From: Simkania sp.
GTDB taxonomy: Bacteria > Chlamydiota > Chlamydiia > Chlamydiales > Simkaniaceae
Assembly (NCBI GenBank): GCA_028281425.1
Contig: JANQJX010000244.1
Coordinates: 1-36,886, forward strand
Direction of reading: 5' to 3'
DNA: 36,886 bases
Below are positions 18,645 to 24,434 of the stretch, in pieces; the first letter of the stretch is position 1; each line of letters starts with the position of its first letter. Made by a program: the position numbers and the translations under genes. The notes beneath the pieces were generated by a model that did not search any database, was not told the origin of the DNA, and saw nothing but the letters and a program-made list of their open reading frames with translations.

Positions 18645-19692
18645 TCAGAGGTTTAAAGAACCTTTTCTAGAAAGCCATTGGATGACAAGATCACGTGTTG
18701 CATGAGCACAAGCAACAAAAATATGCCCTTTATCAAAAATAGAGCGCAAAACCTCTTCCTTCAGGCGGAAGATCTAGAGCTCTCAGGCGCCTTTTTGCTG
18801 CTGCTTAATGGACTCCACGCAAAGTAGCGATGCATGCTTAACTCTCCAAAGTGCTGTTAAAGCACTAGGGAATCCTCTTCGTTTAGGGAGAGGAGGATGT
18901 CAATGGGAATCATAGCCATTTGTTCTTCTTTGTCACTGATGAGAACAGATTCACGAGGGATAAGCCAATCGTTTTCCGCAACAATCGTATAGAGTTGAAC
19001 GAGATCGCGATTTTTTTTGATACGTTCATAAATAAGCTCAATTCTCTTTAAAGTTTCATAGCAATAAGGGTAAAAAGGAGTTTCTATAGGCTTATCAATA
19101 TTTTTAAGACGTCCCGCAATGGAAATGACCTTGTCAACCGTCCTATTTTCAATCCATTTCTCTTGATCAAACGCATCATCAGCAGCAATAATAGTTCCAA
19201 GAGAGTGCCCTACGAGATTTAAGTAGGAGAGTTTCTGCTCCTGCTTCAAGATACATCTCTCGAATAGACCTAATTCTTTTGATAAGCGCTGTGACGCCCT
19301 CTCCTTCTTGGAAGTTGAAAGTGAAAACAGGGCCACAAAGGTCACCAAAATTTTCATCTTCCATAGAGTGAAGGAGAGGAAGCCATTCACCCTGGTTAGA
19401 TTGACTGGAATGAATAAGAATTGGTAGCAGGACATTTGGATTGGCATTTAGACACCCAAGATGGATTGCATCCGTAATAAAAAAAATCCTTTTTAGGTCC
19501 CCATAGATAGCGATCCCATAAAAACTGACTGAGCACATTTATCGAGAGAGCATCAATCTCTTCTTTTCCTCGTTCAAAAACACTGTTAGAACTTTCCTGT
19601 ATCTCCATACAAGAAGGTTGCGGAAAACGTTCCTTAGAAAAAAGAATAAGGGGGAGAAGAAATAGAAGAAAAAAAACACTTATGCATTTCAT
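18645..19692 (-). pseudogene. Secreted alpha/beta-hydrolase (lipase/esterase-like) pseudogene: at least 2 frameshifts plus a 167-bp element insertion
   Basis: Three overlapping track ORFs in three frames (19396-19692, 19179-19538, 18857-19447) jointly encode a signal peptide (MKCISVFFLLFLLPLILFS), PILIHSSQSNQGEW, nucleophile elbow LVGHSLGT and an acid-residue region AENDWLIP. A fourth piece (18645-18734) encodes DKGHIFVACAHATRDLVIQWLSRKGSLNL*, which carries the expected GH. Confidence 0.7.
18735..18901 (+). mobile_element. Miniature IS200/IS605-like element (PATE-like, 167 bp) inserted in the hydrolase gene
   Basis: The first ~57 nt are near-identical to 36682-36738. It is inserted 3' of TTATC with no target duplication. 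Subterminal hairpins lie at 18754-18772 (TCTTCC/GGAAGA) and 18873-18894 (TCCTCT/AGAGGA), plus AGTGCT-GTTAA-AGCACT at 18850-18866. In-silico excision joins ...ATGGCTATGATTCCCATT|GATAAAGGGCAT... in frame. Boundaries are ambiguous by 2 nt. Confidence 0.55.
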
Positions 19693-19787
19693 AAGCGAAG
19701 ACTTTAACTTAATCTAAAATAAATCCCCTTTCATGAAGACAACAAATCTATATTAATTCATACTATTTCAAAAAATTCATACACCGC

Positions 19788-20655
19788 ATGAGGTTCATGA
19801 TGTTTCGAATGATTTCTATGACCCTTCTTTTTCTCAATCCTTTCCTTTTTTCCAGTGACTCTCTAGTCAAGCAGCTCAAAGTGCGCCAATATGCCATTGT
19901 TCCTATTGAAACAAAGACAGAATGGTTTGATGAAGCTATTCAAGCATACGACAGCTTCTTAAAGCTCCCTGAAGAAGTGAAAAAAAAATATATGGCACAG
20001 TTTTTCCTTTGCACTCCCGCTCTAATTGCGGATATCGATTAGAAACTCACAATCACGGGAAAAACCTTAGAATGTACTTTCTATATCACCCCAAGCTCGA
20101 GTCTCAATGTCAATCATTTATAAAAGAAAACGCATCGATACGTTCTCTTTTCGAAAAAACCAAACCTCTATGGCAAACTTCAAATAGCTGTTTTAAAAAA
20201 GTCATTCATGAACTTAGCGCCTCTTTTCCTCCAAATGCCTATGATTCTATCTTTGCAAAAGATTCACATCAAGTACGCCTTGTTCTTGCTTTGATTAAGT
20301 ATTCCGATAAAGAAGAAAGAAAGCGATCAATAAGCCATTTTGACGGCGGATGTGCTAGCCTTGCGCTATTAGAAAGTGCTCCTGGCCTTCGAATTGGAAG
20401 CTGCGAAAAAACTCTATCTGATGCTGCTCATTGTAGAGGAACTGCTATTTTTTTCTCGGGAAAAACTTTAAGTCAATCGTTGGAGAAAGAAGTGGGATTC
20501 TTCCTGGTTGGCATGATGTCAGGCCTGGCTTAGGAAATAGATTTGCAATTATCGCCTTTCTCGATACACTCCATTCTAAAGGCGTCACAGAGGAAGAAAC
20601 TCATGAAAATCCCCTCAATATGGAACTTCGAAGTCCAATAAAGGGCCTGCCTTGA
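19788..20655 (+). pseudogene. 2-oxoglutarate/Fe(II)-dependent oxygenase-like pseudogene (2 frameshifts; 3' end runs into a family-B MITE)
   Basis: Frame 1 (19788-20042) encodes ...WFDEAIQAYDSFLKLPEEVKKKY. Frame 2 (20009-20533) encodes ...ISHFDGGCASLALLESAPGLRIG...AIFFSGKTLS, containing an HxD motif. Frame 3 (about 20495-20655) encodes GILPGWHDVRPGLGNRFAIIAFL, containing the distal His and an RxA/S motif. The terminal TGA (20653-20655) lies inside the B TIR. Confidence 0.55.
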
Positions 20656-20809
20656 ATTGAAAAATTGTTCCGATCCATTGAGATTTTTTTCGAAAATTGT
20701 GAAAGGTGCAAATTCACTATACCCTTGAGAGCAAAAGGAGATGCGACTGATATCAAGCCTAAGGAGAAAAGATCCTTTAGACGATGACTTTCCAGTTCAA
20801 GGCAGGCCC
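20643..20809 (-). mobile_element. MITE family B copy (167 bp), inverted relative to the 15908 copy
   Basis: GGGCCTGCCTTGAATTGAAAAATTGTTCCGATCCATTGAG...GACTTTCCAGTTCAAGGCAGGCCC. There is no flanking direct repeat (left ATAAA, right ATTTG). Confidence 0.85.
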
Positions 20810-20900
20810 ATTTGCAACCTCACCTAAAAGAATTTATTGGATGTCCCAATGAAACAGCGCCTGTGGATTTTTCTAGATTGGGCATGCGAAATGCGGGTTA
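20810..20900 (+). mobile_element. MITE family A, right half only
   Basis: ATTTGCAACCTCACCTAAAAGAATTTATTGGATGTCCCAATGAAACAGCGCCTGTGGATTTTTCTAGATTGGGCATGCGAAATGCGGGTTA. The left half is missing and the sequence abuts the B copy directly. Confidence 0.75.
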
Positions 20901-21073
20901 GCTCCATCAGCACATGGATGCCTAAGGGCATAAGAGCATGGACTAAAAACGGGTTCATTCTTAAGCTACTTTTATTGATTTTTGGACATGTTAGTCAAAT
21001 ACTTAATAAAAGTCAGTTAACACATCATCCATTTTTTAGAATTGACACATCTATTTTGCTTTCTCCCTTCACT

Positions 21074-21089
21074 AAAGTGGATCCACTTT
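21074..21089. promoter_or_regulatory. Perfect 16-bp palindrome AAAGTGGATCCACTTT (candidate dimeric-regulator site)
   Basis: Read directly from the sequence. It lies about 175 bp upstream of the small ORF pair at 21263/21453. No functional evidence. Confidence 0.25.
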
Positions 21090-21262
21090 AACTCAGTGCT
21101 CATCTCATATCTGCCACTTATTCAAAAAGCCGATGCCACAAAATAGAAGGAATTTTTCATGAGATTCCAGTTTGGAAAAGGGCTCATTATAAATTGAACT
21201 TTTTAATAAATATCCTTGCTGATAAAGTGAAAAAAAAATCGAAAAAAATTGAGGATAGCCTT

Positions 21263-21442
21263 ATGAAAGATATCTCTGGGGTCTCTGGAACAAGCCACTC
21301 TCAACATCCCATCTCCTCCGAAAACATTTCATCCAACGCAGCGCAAGCACAACAACTAGAAGAAGTTTTATCTTTTATGATCAAGCTTCCATCTCAACTC
21401 GCAAGCCTCAAAAAAGCAGATGAGAATCGTCTAAAAAAATAG
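21263..21442 (+). CDS. Small hypothetical protein (59 aa from the internal ATG)
   Basis: The track ORF 21194-21442 begins at a TTG. The ATG at 21263 is preceded by GAGGAT at good spacing. Translation is MKDISGVSGTSHSQHPISSENISSNAAQAQQLEEVLSFMIKLPSQLASLKKADENRLKK. Confidence 0.4.
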   Translation: MKDISGVSGTSHSQHPISSENISSNAAQAQQLEEVLSFMIKLPSQLASLKKADENRLKK

Positions 21443-21452
21443 GATTCTATTT

Positions 21453-21773
21453 ATGACTGAAACAAGTGGTGTAACCCCTCCAGGGTCAAGTAGTGGAAGC
21501 CCTCAAAGCTCAGACAGTTCTGAATTAAATGAAATTGCACAAACTCCCTATGGACAATCCTACCAGTTAAAAGGCAATACAGCTATGCTTCAATGGGTCA
21601 ATCATTTCTACCCTAATATGAGTGAAGATCAAAAAGAACAATTTGTCGAACAATTCAATATGAACCTTTGTAAGCAAGTGTCTCAAACAATTCAACAAGA
21701 TCTTTCTAAGATGCAAAAAGATGCAAAAAAAATGAAAGATGCCCAAGAAGGTATCATCGATTCTAACGATTAA
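21453..21773 (+). CDS. Hypothetical protein (106 aa) with Ser/Gly-rich disordered N-terminus
   Basis: AGGAT lies upstream of the ATG, and the ORF starts 10 nt after the preceding stop. The N-terminus MTETSGVTPPGSSSGSPQSS shares an SGV[ST] start motif with the upstream ORF. The C-terminus is helical and charged. Confidence 0.5.
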   Translation: MTETSGVTPPGSSSGSPQSSDSSELNEIAQTPYGQSYQLKGNTAMLQWVNHFYPNMSEDQKEQFVEQFNMNLCKQVSQTIQQDLSKMQKDAKKMKDAQEGIIDSND

Positions 21774-21808
21774 AAAGGACTCCAATTAAAATCTATTCCT
21801 TTTCTCCT

Positions 21809-22117
21809 TAGAGGAGACTCTCTCTGAATGCCACCTATGTTGAAAAGGACTTCCTTAAACTGAAAAATTGTTCCGATCCATTGAGATTTTTTTCGAAAAT
21901 TGTGAAATGTAGGGCTTTCTCAAACCTAAAGAGAAAAGATCCTTTAGATGAGGATTCTCCAGTTCAAGACAATTCCTGAAAGGCATGCTTGAGTGTTTTT
22001 TGAGGCCTAAGAAATTTTCGAAGGAAAGGTGGTAAACTTGGGCTAAAAGAATTTATTGGGGGTGCCAGCGAAACAGAACATGCGGATTTTTCATAGGGGC
22101 AGGCGACATGCGGGTTA
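21809..22117 (+). mobile_element. MITE family A copy (degenerate left end) carrying a degenerate nested family-B copy
   Basis: ...CTGAATGCCACCTATGTTGAAAA[B]CTGAAAGGCATGCTTGAGTGTTTTTTGAGGCCTAAGAAATTTTCGAAGGAAAGGTGGTAAACTTGGGCTAAAAGAATTTATTGGG...GCGGATTTTTCATAGGGGCAGGCGACATGCGGGTTA. The last 3 nt (22115-22117) are the rluD stop codon on the reverse strand. The left boundary is approximate. Confidence 0.65.
21847..21975 (-). mobile_element. MITE family B, degenerate copy with internal deletion (about 129 bp)
   Basis: GGACTTCCTTAAACTGAAAAATTGTTCCGATCCATTGAGATTTTTTTCGAAAATTGTGAAA...CCTAAAGAGAAAAGATCCTTTAGATGAGGATTCTCCAGTTCAAGACAATTC. The TIRs are mutated and about 40 bp of core are replaced. Confidence 0.6.
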
Positions 22118-23056
22118 GGTGATATCCTCAATGTGAGTAAAAAATTTTTTCAAGCAATGAGAAAAATCGCAAGGAAAAGGAGCTGTCAGATGGAGAGGAG
22201 TCTTTTTCACTGGATGTATAAGGAAGATCTTCCATGCATGAAGCATTTGTCGAGAGATTTGAAATTTATCGTTAATTTGAGAAAATCCGTAGAGGGAATC
22301 GCCTAAAATAGGGGCATTTTGAGACCTAAGATGGACTCGGATTTGATGGGTACGCCCTGTGATAAGTTTTGCTTTTATCAAAGAGAAATAGGCCGTTTTT
22401 TGAAGGAGAAAAATTTCTGTGATAGCTTCTTTTCCTCCTTCTTTTAAGAGACTCATTTGTTCTCTTTTTCTAGGATTTCTTCCAATGGGAACATTAATGA
22501 TAGAAACATTTGGATTTCCAACTGTTATTGCTAGGTAGGTTTTTTCGATCTTTCTTGAACTGAACTGTTCAATTAAATTTTGATAGGCTTCATATGTTTT
22601 TGCCCCAACTAATATTCCTGAAGTCTCTTTGTCTAAACGATGAACTATTCCAGGACGAGACGCAAGACCTGGCAATTGATTTTGACTACAATGAAAAGCA
22701 AGAGCATTTGCAAAGGTTTGACTTGGATGTCCTGGAGCAGGATAGACAACCATCCCCGCTGGTTTATTCACACAGATTAAATCTTCATCTTCATAGAGGA
22801 TTTCAAGAGGAATAGCCTGGGGTATGAGGTCTAATAATTGAGGAAAGGTAAAAATAACTTCAATCCTATCATTTTTTTTAATAAAATGCCCTTTTTTGAC
22901 AATATTCCCATTGATACGAACATTTTTTTTCTCGATGAGACGTTGAAAATAAGAACGAGAATAATTGGAAAAGCGCTTTGAGAGACATGTATCTAAACGC
23001 TCTTTTCCTTCTTGCTCAAAATGAAAAACATCTTTCAACAACTCATTTTCCATCAC
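22115..23056 (-). CDS. rluD: 23S rRNA pseudouridine synthase, RluA family (RluD subfamily, N-terminal S4 domain)
   Basis: S4-like N-terminus (RSYFQRLIEKKNVRINGNIVKKGHFIKKNDRIEV). Catalytic motif GIVHRLDKETSGILV. Also TGRTHQIRVHL. Confidence 0.8.
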   Translation of the reverse strand: MMENELLKDVFHFEQEGKERLDTCLSKRFSNYSRSYFQRLIEKKNVRINGNIVKKGHFIKKNDRIEVIFTFPQLLDLIPQAIPLEILYEDEDLICVNKPAGMVVYPAPGHPSQTFANALAFHCSQNQLPGLASRPGIVHRLDKETSGILVGAKTYEAYQNLIEQFSSRKIEKTYLAITVGNPNVSIINVPIGRNPRKREQMSLLKEGGKEAITEIFLLQKTAYFSLIKAKLITGRTHQIRVHLRSQNAPILGDSLYGFSQINDKFQISRQMLHAWKIFLIHPVKKTPLHLTAPFPCDFSHCLKKFFTHIEDIT

Positions 23057-23161
23057 GTTCCAAAAATAGGTGACTATTTTTTAAAATCATATCCATGATA
23101 CCAAAAACCCACAAATTCTTGCTCACCTTTTCACTTCAACTGAAATTCTATCTTATTGAAA

Positions 23162-23329
23162 GGGCCTGCTTTGAACTGGAAAGTCCTCGTCTAAAGGATC
23201 TTTTCCCCTTAGGGTTGACATCCAGTCGCATCTCCTTTTGCTCCCAAGGGTATAGTGAATTTGCACCTTTCACAATTTTCGAAAAAAATCTCAATAGATC
23301 CAAACAATTTTTTAATTCAAAGCAGGTTC
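23162..23329 (+). mobile_element. MITE family B copy (168 bp)
   Basis: GGGCCTGCTTTGAACTGGAAAGTC...CAATTTTTTAATTCAAAGCAGGTTC, flanked by the direct repeat TGAAA (23157-23161 and 23330-23334). Confidence 0.8.
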
Positions 23330-23361
23330 TGAAATTGTCAATCAAAAAGATAGAATTTCGG

Positions 23362-23492
23362 CTTCAAATGCCCCTTCTTTCGAAAAGCCAAGAAATTCCC
23401 GAATGGATAAGTTTGCAACCTTATTCTAAAAGAATTTATTGGATGTATCGGAAGTCAAGGAGCATATGGATTTTTAATGAGTGATATCGGGA
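23362..23492 (+). mobile_element. MITE family A, partial/rearranged copy
   Basis: ...ATGCCCCTTCTTTCGAAAAGCCAAGAAATTCCCGAATGGATAAGTTTGCAACCTTATTCTAAAAGAATTTATTGGATGTATCGG...GCATATGGATTTTTAATGAGTGATATCGGGAT. A second A-left-TIR-like stretch (ACCCACAAATTCTTGCTCACC) sits at about 23107-23127. Boundaries are approximate. Confidence 0.55.
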
Positions 23493-23735
23493 TCTCCAAA
23501 TTGACACAATTCTCTGAGATTAGACGATTTAAGATTGCTTACAACATCCCCATGATTTTCCAAGTATAACCGGTATAGAGTCTGTATATTCAACGGGTGT
23601 TCAGCTAACAAAAATCTACTTTTGATTCTATCATTTTAATTTTCTAGATTTATAAATAATGCTTTAGTACTCTCATAAAGGGAACATAAACCATATAAAT
23701 CCTCTATTGCAAAGCCAGAACCTAAGGATCGAACC

Positions 23736-23990
23736 ATGAAAGAATTTGTTGAGTACATTGTTAAAAATCTCGTTGATAACCCTGATAAAGTCAAAATTAA
23801 TGAAATCGGTGGAACACATACTCTTATCATCGAGTTAAGTGTCGAAAAATCCGATATTGGAAAGATCATTGGAAAAAAAGGAAAGACGATCAATGCTATT
23901 CGCACTCTTCTTATGTCTGTTGCAAGTCGCAATGGAATCCGTGTGAATCTTGAAATATTAGAAGAAGGGGGAAATTCCATCGAAGCGTAA
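23736..23990 (+). CDS. KH-domain RNA-binding protein (UPF0109/YlqC-like)
   Basis: MKEFVEYIVKNLVDNPDKVKINEIGGTHTLIIELSVEKSDIGKIIGKKGKTINAIRTLL contains the GKIIGKKG (GxxG) KH motif. AAGGAT RBS lies upstream. Confidence 0.85.
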   Translation: MKEFVEYIVKNLVDNPDKVKINEIGGTHTLIIELSVEKSDIGKIIGKKGKTINAIRTLLMSVASRNGIRVNLEILEEGGNSIEA

Positions 23991-24434
23991 TCTTTAATTT
24001 TTCAAAAGGGTACTTATCTTGCAAAATGTAAGAAAGTCCCCTTTTTTAACCCATCTTTTAAGATCAACAAAGCCTCTTCTCACAAAAAAAGACCAAGCAG
24101 CACAGTGCGAGGAATCTGCATGCTATGTTGTGGGGGACCACATCCTACTTGTGAACCCCTTCTACCCAGCTGCGATCAGGCTTAAACCACATATGCCTTA
24201 AAAAAAATGCAAAGCTCCATAGAAAATGTGGAGAGCTATGAGCAGAAAGAAAACGCTAACCGTTCTCTTCAAAAAGAAAAAAGGGACGACATGAATCACT
24301 TAAATAAAAGAACAGATGCCATCCCAGGAATACTCATTAGAAAATCTCTAATCCACTCAAAGCAGTCCCTTTAAAGGTTTTTTTTAACCAATCTAAAAAT
24401 TTAAAAAACCCCAATATTTTTTAACCTCGAAACT

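Noticed and set aside
24019-24201. A 60-aa ORF, plus a check of this spacer for RNase P, SRP (4.5S), tmRNA or 6S RNA.
   Set aside because: AGAAAGTCCCC and GGCTTAAAC superficially recall RNase P CR-I/CR-V, but they are only about 170 nt apart, which is too short. The GGAAGCAGCC-type SRP motif is absent. No tRNA-like end is present. No long 6S-type hairpin was found by eye. The ORF has a TTG start and no RBS. The region is retained only as a low-interest GC-rich island.
24207-24374. A 55-aa ORF (MQSSIENVESYEQKENANRSLQKEKRDDMNHLNKRTDAIPGILIRKSLIHSKQSL).
   Set aside because: It is preceded by an A7 run with no RBS, has low-complexity composition, and has no motif. The evidence is insufficient.
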